From assembly GCA_963620035.1 (NCBI GenBank), contig CAVEXN010000011.1:149-64148 (forward strand): a stretch of 64,000 nt of DNA. Reading direction: 5' to 3'. The stretch is from Oscillospiraceae bacterium. Its GTDB lineage: Bacteria > Bacteroidota > Bacteroidia > Bacteroidales > WCHB1-69. The position numbers were made by a program, and so were the translations under genes. The notes beneath the pieces were generated by a model. The model made no database searches. It saw only the letters and a list, made by a program, of their open reading frames with translations, and was not told the origin of the DNA. This document shows positions 9,079 to 17,568 of this stretch, in pieces. How positions within the stretch are numbered: position 1 is the first letter of the stretch; each line of letters starts with the position of its first letter.

Positions 9079-9662
9079 AATACGACTCAATTGCCCTTTT
9101 CTGCGGTTCATCCTTGGGCGAAAACCCGCTTTATGCAGAGCAGGCCGCCCTTTTCGGCGCTATGGTCGCCCAACAAAAGCTGACCCTCTACTACGGAGGC
9201 GGCAGCATCGGGCTGATGGGCAGCGCCGCCGATGCTGCCATGGCTCATGGCGGCACCGTCATCGGCATCGCCCCCGATTTTTTCTCCAAGGGCAACGTGC
9301 TGTCCGACAGGATTTCGGAACTTATCATCGTGAGGACGATGAGCGAACGCAAGCAGATGATGGAAGAGAAGGCCGATGCCTTTGTCATCTTCCCGGGCGG
9401 CTACGGCACGATGGATGAACTCTTCGAGGTGTTGACTGACGCGCAGCTCGGTCTCCATGACAAGCCCGTACTGGTCTATAATTTCAACCATTTCTTTGAC
9501 CCCTTGCTGGCGCAGCTGGAGCATTTCTGCAAAGAAGGCTTCCTTCGTCCTTTCCACAAAGGGCTGCTGCTTTCCGCCTCCACCGTTGAGGGCATCTTTG
9601 ACGCGCTCGACGGCTACGAAAACACCAACGACCGCAATTGGTTGAGCAAAATCAAGCAATAA
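9075..9662 (+). CDS. LOG family protein (TIGR00730-type nucleotide 5'-monophosphate nucleosidase)
   Basis: Trimmed to MKYDSIALFCGSS (ATGA overlap with the pssA stop). LOG signature PGGYGTMDELFE. 195 aa. Confidence 0.85.
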   Translation: MKYDSIALFCGSSLGENPLYAEQAALFGAMVAQQKLTLYYGGGSIGLMGSAADAAMAHGGTVIGIAPDFFSKGNVLSDRISELIIVRTMSERKQMMEEKADAFVIFPGGYGTMDELFEVLTDAQLGLHDKPVLVYNFNHFFDPLLAQLEHFCKEGFLRPFHKGLLLSASTVEGIFDALDGYENTNDRNWLSKIKQ

Positions 9663-9679
9663 CCCTATACCCTATAAAA

Positions 9680-10834
9680 ATGCAATTCAAAGATGTTCTT
9701 GTCGCCCCGACCTTGAAGACGCAGCTGCTGACGCAGGTGCATGAACGCCATGTGGGCCATGCCCAACTTTTTCTGGCGCAGCCCGGCAGCCATGCTTTTG
9801 CCCTGGCCGTCGCACTGTCACAATACCTTTGCTGCGAGCATCCTTCCGAAACCGATTCGTGCGGGGTCTGTCCGTCGTGCATCCAGTTCTCCAAGCTTTC
9901 GCACCCTGACTTGCACCTCTATTTCCCGAACTGCACCACTAAAGAGGTGAAAAAAGACCCCGACTCCCAATTATTGGCGCAGGCTTTCAAGAACTTCGTA
10001 TTCACGCACAACTACCACATCGAGTTGCAAGACTGGCTTGCGGAGCTGGACGGGGAAAACAAACAAGCCTCTATCAACATCCGCGACTGTTCGCACATCA
10101 TCGCACAAAACAGCACCCGCTCATTCATGGGCGGCTACAAAATATACATACTATGGAACGCCGACCGGCTTCACCATACAGCCGCCCCAAAACTTCTTAA
10201 AACGCTTGAAGAGCCTGAAAGCAGTTCCTTGTTCATCCTCATCACAGAGAAGCCGGAACAGATCCTCAGCACCATCCTTTCCAGGACGCAGTTGGTGAAA
10301 ATCCCAAGACTCACCGACGATGAACTATCCGGTGCACTCCGGCGCAACATCGAAGGGATAAACGAAGAGACAGCAAGAAACATCGCCCTCATCGCCGAAG
10401 GCAATTACAACAAAGCCTTGCAGATTTTTGAGAACAGCAGTGAAAGTCTTGAAATGTTGAACGCTTTCAAAACTCTGATGCAAAGCGTGATGGCATTTTC
10501 GCAGCAACGCCCGCCCAGCGAAATCGGCTATGCTGACGTCCAGAAGCGCTTTGCGGAAATCGTGGCACAAGGACGTGAAAAGCAGAAAGAGTTCCTGACC
10601 CTCACCCTCCGGATGTTGCGGAATCTGCTGATGCAGAACACGGGTAATGCGGCACTCGCCAAACTCACCGTCCAGGAGCGTGAAGCGCTCGCCCAACTCG
10701 CCGTACTGAACCTCAAACACATCACCAAGATGACCGATGAGTGCAACAAAGCACTCTACCACATCGGACGCAACGGTAACACCGCCTTGATCTTCACGGA
10801 TTTATATTTCAAACTGGCGGAAAGTATGAAATGA
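9680..10834 (+). CDS. holB: DNA polymerase III subunit delta'
   Basis: Trimmed to MQFKDV. Cys module CGVCPSCIQFSKLSHPDLHLYFP. AAA+ sensor region KIYILWNADRLHHTAAPKLLKTLEEP and SRTQLVKIP. Confidence 0.85.
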   Translation: MQFKDVLVAPTLKTQLLTQVHERHVGHAQLFLAQPGSHAFALAVALSQYLCCEHPSETDSCGVCPSCIQFSKLSHPDLHLYFPNCTTKEVKKDPDSQLLAQAFKNFVFTHNYHIELQDWLAELDGENKQASINIRDCSHIIAQNSTRSFMGGYKIYILWNADRLHHTAAPKLLKTLEEPESSSLFILITEKPEQILSTILSRTQLVKIPRLTDDELSGALRRNIEGINEETARNIALIAEGNYNKALQIFENSSESLEMLNAFKTLMQSVMAFSQQRPPSEIGYADVQKRFAEIVAQGREKQKEFLTLTLRMLRNLLMQNTGNAALAKLTVQEREALAQLAVLNLKHITKMTDECNKALYHIGRNGNTALIFTDLYFKLAESMK

Positions 10835-10955
10835 CCCTGCCGTCTGAACCACGTAATATAAGGCACCGACAACTCTAAATATATATATAGTTGAAAGAGA
10901 AGCCTTTCCATTTTTTTCAGCGACAGTCCAAAGAGAAACCCCAAAAAACCGAACA

Positions 10956-12248
10956 ATGAGATACAAACCGCTACCATCATCATTCTATATCCGTAACCGC
11001 AAAAATGTAGTCGGGGAAATGGAGAAGAACTCGCTTGCCGTTCTCGTCTCGCACGACGAATACCCGCGCAGCGGCGACACCACGCACCCGTTCCGGCAAA
11101 ATGCAGCGATCCTCTACCTTTGCGGCATCGACCAGGAAGAGACATTCCTCACCCTTGCCCCGTGGCATCCGAACCCTGCCTACCGGGAAATTCTTTTCAT
11201 CAAGAATCCGTCGCCCGAAAAAATCATCTGGTTCGGACACCGACTCAGCAAAGAACAGGCATCCGAACTTTCCGGTGTCAAAACCGTCATGTTTTCCGAA
11301 TCGTTTCCGGATGTGCTCAACGACCTGATGGTTCATGCCTCCTCCGTTTACCTTCACTTGCCGGAGAATGCGCGGATGAGACCAGGATTCCCCACCCACG
11401 AGATCCGATTCTCCAAGCAGTTGCAGACAGACTATCCACTGCACCGCTACCGCCGGCTTGCGCCCATCATGAATGCGCTGCGCTGCGTGAAGTCGCAAGA
11501 GGAACTGTCCGCTATGAAATACGCCTGCTCCATCACAAGCAAAATGTTCGAAAGCGCCCTCGCCGTCATCGGTCCCGGAAAATACGAATATGAAGTTGAA
11601 GCCGCCATGACATGCGAACTGCTCCGCAACGGGGGCACCACCCATTCATTCGCACCCATCGTGGCAGCCGGTGCCGACACCTGCATCCTGCACTACATCA
11701 AGAACGACAAAATCATGAAAAACGGCGACCTGCTGCTGATGGATTTCGGGGCAGAGTATGCCAACTATGCCGGAGACTGCTCCAGAACCGTTCCCGTGAA
11801 CGGCAAATTCACGCCAAGACAAAGGGAAGTGTATGAGGCCGTGCTCTCCATCTACAAGGCGACCATCCCTAAATTCAAGCCGGGCATGACCATCAACAAA
11901 ATCAACGATTTCGTATTCAAAAAAATGGACGAGGCACTCATCGGACTCGGGCTATATACTTGGGACGATGTCAAGAACCAAAGCCCCGACGCTCCCTGTT
12001 TCAAGAAATACTACATGCACAACACCAGCCACTTCATCGGCATTGATGTCCATGACGTAGGAGAGCGCGACTGGGTATTCCAGCCGGGCAACGTGTTGAG
12101 TTGCGAGCCGGGCATCTACATTGCCGAAGAGGGCATCGGCGTTCGCATTGAAACCGACGTGGTTGTCGGAGAAACACCTGTTGACCTCTTTGCCGGCACC
12201 CCCATAGAAGCCGATGAGATAGAAAAAATCATGTCTGAACGCATCTGA
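10956..12248 (+). CDS. pepP: Xaa-Pro aminopeptidase (M24B family)
   Basis: N-terminal AMP_N-like region and a C-terminal pita-bread fold. Motifs LLLMDFGAEYANYAGDCSRT, HNTSHFIGIDVHD, EPGIYI and IRIETDV. Confidence 0.85.
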   Translation: MRYKPLPSSFYIRNRKNVVGEMEKNSLAVLVSHDEYPRSGDTTHPFRQNAAILYLCGIDQEETFLTLAPWHPNPAYREILFIKNPSPEKIIWFGHRLSKEQASELSGVKTVMFSESFPDVLNDLMVHASSVYLHLPENARMRPGFPTHEIRFSKQLQTDYPLHRYRRLAPIMNALRCVKSQEELSAMKYACSITSKMFESALAVIGPGKYEYEVEAAMTCELLRNGGTTHSFAPIVAAGADTCILHYIKNDKIMKNGDLLLMDFGAEYANYAGDCSRTVPVNGKFTPRQREVYEAVLSIYKATIPKFKPGMTINKINDFVFKKMDEALIGLGLYTWDDVKNQSPDAPCFKKYYMHNTSHFIGIDVHDVGERDWVFQPGNVLSCEPGIYIAEEGIGVRIETDVVVGETPVDLFAGTPIEADEIEKIMSERI

Positions 12249-12262
12249 CCCACCGGCAAGCA

Positions 12263-13276
12263 ATGTCACTGATAGACAAAATCCTGCGATACCGAAGCCT
12301 CTCCATCGTGGGTATGGCCAAGAACACCGGCAAGACGGTATGCTTGAACTATATCTTAGAGCACCTTCAAGGTACAGGCAAAAGCGTTGCCGTAACCTCT
12401 ATCGGGTTGGATGGGGAAAAGACCGACCAGGTGACACAGACGGAAAAGCCGGAAGTCAACTTGCATGCCGGAACATTCTTCGTGACGTCCGAATACCACT
12501 ACCGGCAGCGCGAACTGCTTTCAGAAATCTACAACGTGTCGGGCGAGACCACCTCGTTGGGGCGACTGGTCACAGCCAAGGCCATTCAAGACGGCAAAGT
12601 CATCATTTCAGGACCCTCCTATTCGGAACAGATCCGCAGGACAATCAAACAATTGCAAAGCCTCGGCATAGACCTGACCATTGTGGACGGTGCGCTCTCG
12701 CGCAAAAGTTCCGCATCCCCTACCATAACAGAAAGCTTGATACTGACCACCGGCGCCGCCGTTGCCCCCGACTTGAACACTATCGTCAACAAGACCCGTT
12801 TCATATTCAGTCTCACACAGTTGCCGAAATATGAGACTGTCCTGCAAGAGCAGTTGTCAGAAGCCGATACGGGCATCTACGCACTCGAGGATGGCAAAGC
12901 CGTCCGGCTGCCCATCGCCTCGCCACTGCTGTTTTCCAAAAGCAAAGACATCCTCTTCAGCCACGGCAACACCCTGTTTATAGGCGGCATCATCGTTGAC
13001 AACATGGTCGAGTATCTGCGGATGCAACCGCAAATAAAAGAAATCCATCTTGTAGCAAAGGATTTCACCAAAATTTTCGTTTCCCCTTATATACTGCAGG
13101 GCTTCATTCAGAAAGGCGGGAAGCTTTCCGTCCTGAGAAGTCCGAACCTGATTGCCGTATGTGCAAATCCCACCTCGCCAACGGGATTCAAAATTGATTC
13201 CGAATTGCTTTGCCGCTCTTTGCAGGAGGTTATCGATGTGCCCGTCTATGACATCAAAAAAGGCGGAGACGACTGA
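12263..13276 (+). CDS. P-loop (GMAKNTGKT) protein of unknown function
   Basis: 337-aa ORF with the Walker-A-like IVGMAKNTGKTVCLNYIL near the N-terminus and a later hydrophobic-strand-plus-Asp (LTIVDGALSRK) that could be Walker B. I do not recognise the family. Confidence 0.5.
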   Translation: MSLIDKILRYRSLSIVGMAKNTGKTVCLNYILEHLQGTGKSVAVTSIGLDGEKTDQVTQTEKPEVNLHAGTFFVTSEYHYRQRELLSEIYNVSGETTSLGRLVTAKAIQDGKVIISGPSYSEQIRRTIKQLQSLGIDLTIVDGALSRKSSASPTITESLILTTGAAVAPDLNTIVNKTRFIFSLTQLPKYETVLQEQLSEADTGIYALEDGKAVRLPIASPLLFSKSKDILFSHGNTLFIGGIIVDNMVEYLRMQPQIKEIHLVAKDFTKIFVSPYILQGFIQKGGKLSVLRSPNLIAVCANPTSPTGFKIDSELLCRSLQEVIDVPVYDIKKGGDD

Positions 13277-13354
13277 CAACCGGGCATTTCAAGAATACTT
13301 TTATGTATAAAAATCTTAAATAAAGTCACTTTCAACCCCCATTAACGCAAGACA

Positions 13355-14077
13355 ATGAACAACGACACCGCAGATGAACGATATTTGCAATCAACCCCGA
13401 TGCTTGACTTCGGGCACAATTCTATCCAAAAGTTAGTGCAAGGGCGGGATTGGAAATCGCTGGACCGAACCCGGTGTGCGCAAGCCATCTACCTGTTCGT
13501 GCGCGATGAAATCCTGTTCGGGTACAACACAGACGACAACATTGCAGCCTCGCGCGTGCTTGCAGACGGGTACGGACAGTGCAACACCAAGGGCACGCTG
13601 CTGATGGCGCTGCTGCGGGCATGCCGCATCCCATGCCGTGTGCATGGATTCACCATCGACAAGCGGCTGCAACAAGGTGCAATGAGCGGCATGGTTTATC
13701 GGAGCGCACCCCGCAACGTGTTCCACAGCTGGGTAGAAATAGAACTCGACGGGCAATGGTTTGATCTGGAGGGATTTATCCTTGACACCGCCTATCTGAA
13801 AGCCTTGCAGTGCAAATTCCGCCCCGCCCCAGACGGCTCGTTCATAGGCTATGGCGTGGCCACCCGAAACTTCATGGACCCGCCCGTGGACTTCAACGGC
13901 TGCAGCACCTACATCCAGAAAGAGGGCATCAATCAGGATTTCGGAGTCTATGACAACCCTGATGCCCTGCTGAAAGAGCACCACCAGGAGATGAGCGGTC
14001 TGAAACGGCTTGCATACCGGCTGATCGGTCGCCGACTGATGAACCGCAATGTAAACCGCATAAGGCGCGGACGTTAG
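13355..14077 (+). CDS. transglutaminase-like cysteine protease superfamily protein
   Basis: Cys-His-Asp core pattern: GYGQCNTKGTLLMALLRACRIPCR (Cys), FHSWVEIELDGQWFDLEG (His and Asp). Confidence 0.75.
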   Translation: MNNDTADERYLQSTPMLDFGHNSIQKLVQGRDWKSLDRTRCAQAIYLFVRDEILFGYNTDDNIAASRVLADGYGQCNTKGTLLMALLRACRIPCRVHGFTIDKRLQQGAMSGMVYRSAPRNVFHSWVEIELDGQWFDLEGFILDTAYLKALQCKFRPAPDGSFIGYGVATRNFMDPPVDFNGCSTYIQKEGINQDFGVYDNPDALLKEHHQEMSGLKRLAYRLIGRRLMNRNVNRIRRGR

Positions 14078-14123
14078 CCTCAAAACCTTTCCCAAAATCC
14101 TTATAACCTGCAAAACAACATAT

Positions 14124-15254
14124 ATGGAAACAGCACTCTCCCTGACCATCGGCATCAGCATCGGACTCTCCATAGGATTTCTCATCGGAAAACTATTGTC
14201 CATCAAGGCGAACGGCACCGTCAAAACCTTGACAGAGCGGATAGAGCAGACCATACAGCGCCACAAGTCAGAAATGTCAGTGCTGCAAGAGAGTCATGAA
14301 AAAGAGAGGGATTTGCTGAAAGAGCAATTGGAAAGCGAGCAGCGGCATGCCGAACAGTTGCGTAAAGAAAGCGACAAACAATGGAACGAGCGTTTAGATG
14401 CCATGAGGCAGGAGGTGCAGAGAGTCATTGCAGAGCAACAACACACCGTCGCCGCACTGCGCGAAGAGACCGCAAAGATAGGCACGGATGCCGCAAACCT
14501 GACAAAAGCTCTGAAAGGCGACACCAAACTGCAAGGCTGCTGGGGAGAGATGGTGCTGGAAGGGTTGCTGGAGCGCAGCGGCCTTCGCAAAGGGGAAGAG
14601 TTTCTTGTACAGAGCAACATTAAAGGCGAAACGGGCAACCTACTGCGTCCGGATGTCATCGTCAGACTGCCCGGCAATCGCAACATCATTGTGGACTCCA
14701 AGGTTTCGCTAACCGCATATTCCGCTGCCGTGTCTGCCGAAAAGGAAGAAGACAGGAATCGGCATCTCAAGGAACACGTGCAGAGTCTGAAAAAGCATGT
14801 GGACGAACTGGCCGGAAAAAACTACGACAAAGCCGTGGACGGAGCCATCGGATATGTGCTGATGTTTGTACCCATCGAATCATGCCTCATCGCCGCCATA
14901 GAAAATGACCCGGAGCTATACAACTACGCATACGACAAGAAAATCATCATCGTCTCGCCGACCAGTCTGCTTATGACGCTGCAGATTGCCTACAACCTCT
15001 GGCAAAGCGACCGGCAGAGCAAGAACGTAGAAAACGTCATGAACGCAGCCGCAGACCTCTACGACAAGACGGCAGTCTTTCAGAAAACCTTCATGGAAAT
15101 CGGCGACAAAATCAAAACCCTGTCCAAAGTGTATGAAACGGCACAGGTGCAGTTCTGCCAAGGGAACGGCAACATCATAAGACGGGTGGAGAATCTCAAA
15201 TCGTTAGGGGTAACCCCTCACAAACAACTCAGAACTTCTGACGGGAGCGAATAG
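14124..15254 (+). CDS. rmuC: DNA recombination protein RmuC
   Basis: N-terminal TM, long coiled coil, then the RmuC core WGEMVLEGLLERSGL...RPDVIVRLPGNRNIIVDSKVSL...YVLMFVP. Confidence 0.85.
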   Translation: METALSLTIGISIGLSIGFLIGKLLSIKANGTVKTLTERIEQTIQRHKSEMSVLQESHEKERDLLKEQLESEQRHAEQLRKESDKQWNERLDAMRQEVQRVIAEQQHTVAALREETAKIGTDAANLTKALKGDTKLQGCWGEMVLEGLLERSGLRKGEEFLVQSNIKGETGNLLRPDVIVRLPGNRNIIVDSKVSLTAYSAAVSAEKEEDRNRHLKEHVQSLKKHVDELAGKNYDKAVDGAIGYVLMFVPIESCLIAAIENDPELYNYAYDKKIIIVSPTSLLMTLQIAYNLWQSDRQSKNVENVMNAAADLYDKTAVFQKTFMEIGDKIKTLSKVYETAQVQFCQGNGNIIRRVENLKSLGVTPHKQLRTSDGSE

Positions 15255-15425
15255 AGCGACGGCCGTGCCGGTTTCGTGCAGAACCATTGATTCAAGTTGC
15301 ATAGTCATAAAAGATACGTACTGGGGTATCGAATCCGTCAAGGTGAAGATGACATCCTTTATAAGTTCAACTACCATTATAAAGAACCCCGACTCAAAAC
15401 CTTGGTTACAGTTATTTTCCGGCAT

Positions 15426-16010
15426 CTATCTCCATTCACGCAGCACAAAGCGGTACGGCAGCAGAGCGTCAGTACCTGCGTAGGCTATGCCGATGCGGGG
15501 GGTGGCTGCAATGTGATCGGAGGGCACCTCAAGCCTCCGGTCCTCGAGCCAGATGACATCGCCGTTGAGGGGGATACCGTTGTCCTCCAAAGTTAACCCA
15601 AGTGCGCGAGTTACCCTGCCGGGGCCGGTGGCCATACCCGGGGAAGCCTGCCGCTTGCCGCTGCGCAACAACATAAGTTCCTCGCCGTGGGTCGGAATAA
15701 CGCCCCTTACCAATATGGCATCGGGTTCTTCCGCCTCGTTGGTTACAAGGTTGAGCATATTGTGTATGCCGTAGCAGCGGTACATATAAATCACGCCGCC
15801 CTCATGGTACATCATCTCGTTGCGGCGGGTGCGCCGCCCCCCGTAGGCGTGCGAAGCCCGGTCGGCGGTGCCTTTGTAGGCTTCCACTTCCGAGATGATG
15901 CCACCCGCAATCTGCCCCTCTTTCATTGTGAAGAGATATTTGCCCAGCAGACTGCGGGCAATTTCCAAAACGTCGTGTCCTAAAAAAAACGATTTTTGCA
16001 GTCGCTTCAT
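15426..16010 (-). CDS. mpg: DNA-3-methyladenine glycosylase (Mpg/AAG family)
   Basis: Trimmed to MKRLQKSFF. Motifs GIISEVEAYKGTADRASHAYGGRRTRRNEMMY, GVIYMYRCYGIHNMLN and GPGRVTRALG. Confidence 0.85.
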   Translation of the reverse strand: MKRLQKSFFLGHDVLEIARSLLGKYLFTMKEGQIAGGIISEVEAYKGTADRASHAYGGRRTRRNEMMYHEGGVIYMYRCYGIHNMLNLVTNEAEEPDAILVRGVIPTHGEELMLLRSGKRQASPGMATGPGRVTRALGLTLEDNGIPLNGDVIWLEDRRLEVPSDHIAATPRIGIAYAGTDALLPYRFVLREWR

Positions 16011-16104
16011 TTCAAATGAAAAACAAGGTTGCAAAACAACAAAAAAAACGGAGAACTGCAACGCAAAGCTTCACTATTCGTCAACTGAAAGAACATACCG
16101 CACA

Positions 16105-16662
16105 ATGTCCGAGAAAGAACGACAACTGATAAAAGGGTGTATGGAGGGCGACAAAGCAAGCCAGAAACAACTCTATCTGGAGTACGGTCCCGCCATACGG
16201 GGCATCTGCCTGCGATATGCCGCCTCTACGGAGGAGGCCGAGGACCTCTTCCACGACACGTTCCTGTTCATCTTGGTCAACTTCCGCCGTTTCGAGAACA
16301 TCTCTTCTCTGCAAGCCTGGCTTCGCCGCATTGCGGTAAACAAAGCCATCGACCACTACCGCAAATGCCGGCGCACCAGGCAGATGCCACTCGAAGACCT
16401 GACCTGCGAACCCGCCGCTATGGACAGCAAAACCGGCGAAGAAACCCTCTCCATGGACAAACTCGTTTCGTTCATAAACGAACTGCCCGACAAGTACCGT
16501 ATAGCCTTCAACCTGTATGTCATTGACGGCATGGACTATGACGACATTGTGGCAAAGATGGGAGAAACCCCCACAAACGCGCGGACACTGGTGTTCAGAG
16601 CCCGCAACATCCTACAACAGAAAATAAGACGCTATTTGAATCACGAAGAATACGATATATGA
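16105..16662 (+). CDS. ECF-type RNA polymerase sigma-70 family factor
   Basis: Trimmed to MSEKERQLIKGC. Region 2 reads EDLFHDTFLFILVNFRRFENISSLQAWLRRIAVNKAIDHYR. Region 4 reads LPDKYRIAFNLYVIDGMDYDDIVAKMGETPTNARTLVFRAR. Confidence 0.9.
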   Translation: MSEKERQLIKGCMEGDKASQKQLYLEYGPAIRGICLRYAASTEEAEDLFHDTFLFILVNFRRFENISSLQAWLRRIAVNKAIDHYRKCRRTRQMPLEDLTCEPAAMDSKTGEETLSMDKLVSFINELPDKYRIAFNLYVIDGMDYDDIVAKMGETPTNARTLVFRARNILQQKIRRYLNHEEYDI

Positions 16663-17564
16663 ACAAGAAAACATTGAAAGAACAGTTTGATGCATACCGC
16701 CCGCCAGTAGATGAGGCCGGTTGGGCACGCCTTGACTTAGACCACTCCCTGAGGCGCAACCGACGCATGCGCAAGCTGCTCAAGTTCCTGCCCCTCGGCG
16801 CAGTCTGCGCCACCATAGCCGCCGTTGCTGTAGCCTTGTGCATTGCACTGCTACGCCCCGAACTTGACGCAACAGCCGTTGGCCACAGCACTCAACCCTC
16901 GGCACAAGCCACACGCACGACATCCGCAACCAGCGACTACGCAGCAGAGGAAGCGAAAAAAACCGCCCTGCATAACCTTGAAGCAACCGCATCTGCACAC
17001 AAAAACAGTGTTGACACACCGGTTATTACAACTGCAACAACTCCGGCACAATCCGCCGTCGAGAACAGCCGCACCGTCCAAACTGTCACTGCATCAGGCA
17101 ACAGCACAGAACGCATCCCCACCAAGCCGCTGTCGCCTATTGTCGTCAACTACATACCGCCGCTTAGTCCGCTGCCGCCGTTGCGCCTCGCCGAACTGCA
17201 ACCTGATGCGGCCGAAAACGGCATCCAAGAAAACGGAACCGACACGGCTGTGCCGGCACCACAGCCCGCCACCGAACCAAGTCGGCTGTTTCTCGCCCCC
17301 AACGCCTTCACCCCCAACAACGACGGCATAAACGACCTTTTCCTGTTGCAATGCAACGAACACTGCACCTATTTTGAACTCGACATATACACCCGCAACG
17401 GAGAAAACGTTTTCAACGCCAAAAACATCGACCAAGGCTGGAACGGCAAACGCTTCGACAACGGCGAACTTCTGCCGCAAGCCGTGTACGTCTATACGGT
17501 GAAATACCGCACCGCCGAGGGAAAGTCGGGCACCGAACATGGTCAAATACTACTCATCCGATAA
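16659..17564 (+). CDS. anti-sigma-like single-pass membrane protein ending in a T9SS type B sorting domain
   Basis: ATGA overlap with the sigma gene stop. About 41 aa N-terminal segment with a basic stretch (RRNRRMRK) and a TM helix (FLPLGAVCATIAAVAVALCIALL). A Thr/Ala/Pro-rich linker follows, then FLAPNAFTPNNDGINDLFLL...YTRNGENVF...QGWNG...PQAVYVYTVKY...GQILLIR, the gliding-motility-associated / type B CTD pattern. Confidence 0.7.
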   Translation: MNKKTLKEQFDAYRPPVDEAGWARLDLDHSLRRNRRMRKLLKFLPLGAVCATIAAVAVALCIALLRPELDATAVGHSTQPSAQATRTTSATSDYAAEEAKKTALHNLEATASAHKNSVDTPVITTATTPAQSAVENSRTVQTVTASGNSTERIPTKPLSPIVVNYIPPLSPLPPLRLAELQPDAAENGIQENGTDTAVPAPQPATEPSRLFLAPNAFTPNNDGINDLFLLQCNEHCTYFELDIYTRNGENVFNAKNIDQGWNGKRFDNGELLPQAVYVYTVKYRTAEGKSGTEHGQILLIR

Positions 17565-17568
17565 CAGC

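Noticed and set aside
15895-16104. N-terminal extensions of many track ORFs, for example 15895..16104, 8260..8337, 8847..9074, 23992..24225, 61976..62080 and 55561..55608.
   Set aside because: The extensions overlap the preceding gene or the divergent promoter region and lack family similarity. Internal Met codons restore canonical N-termini or signal peptides, and often create ATGA stop/start overlaps, so the shorter models were used.
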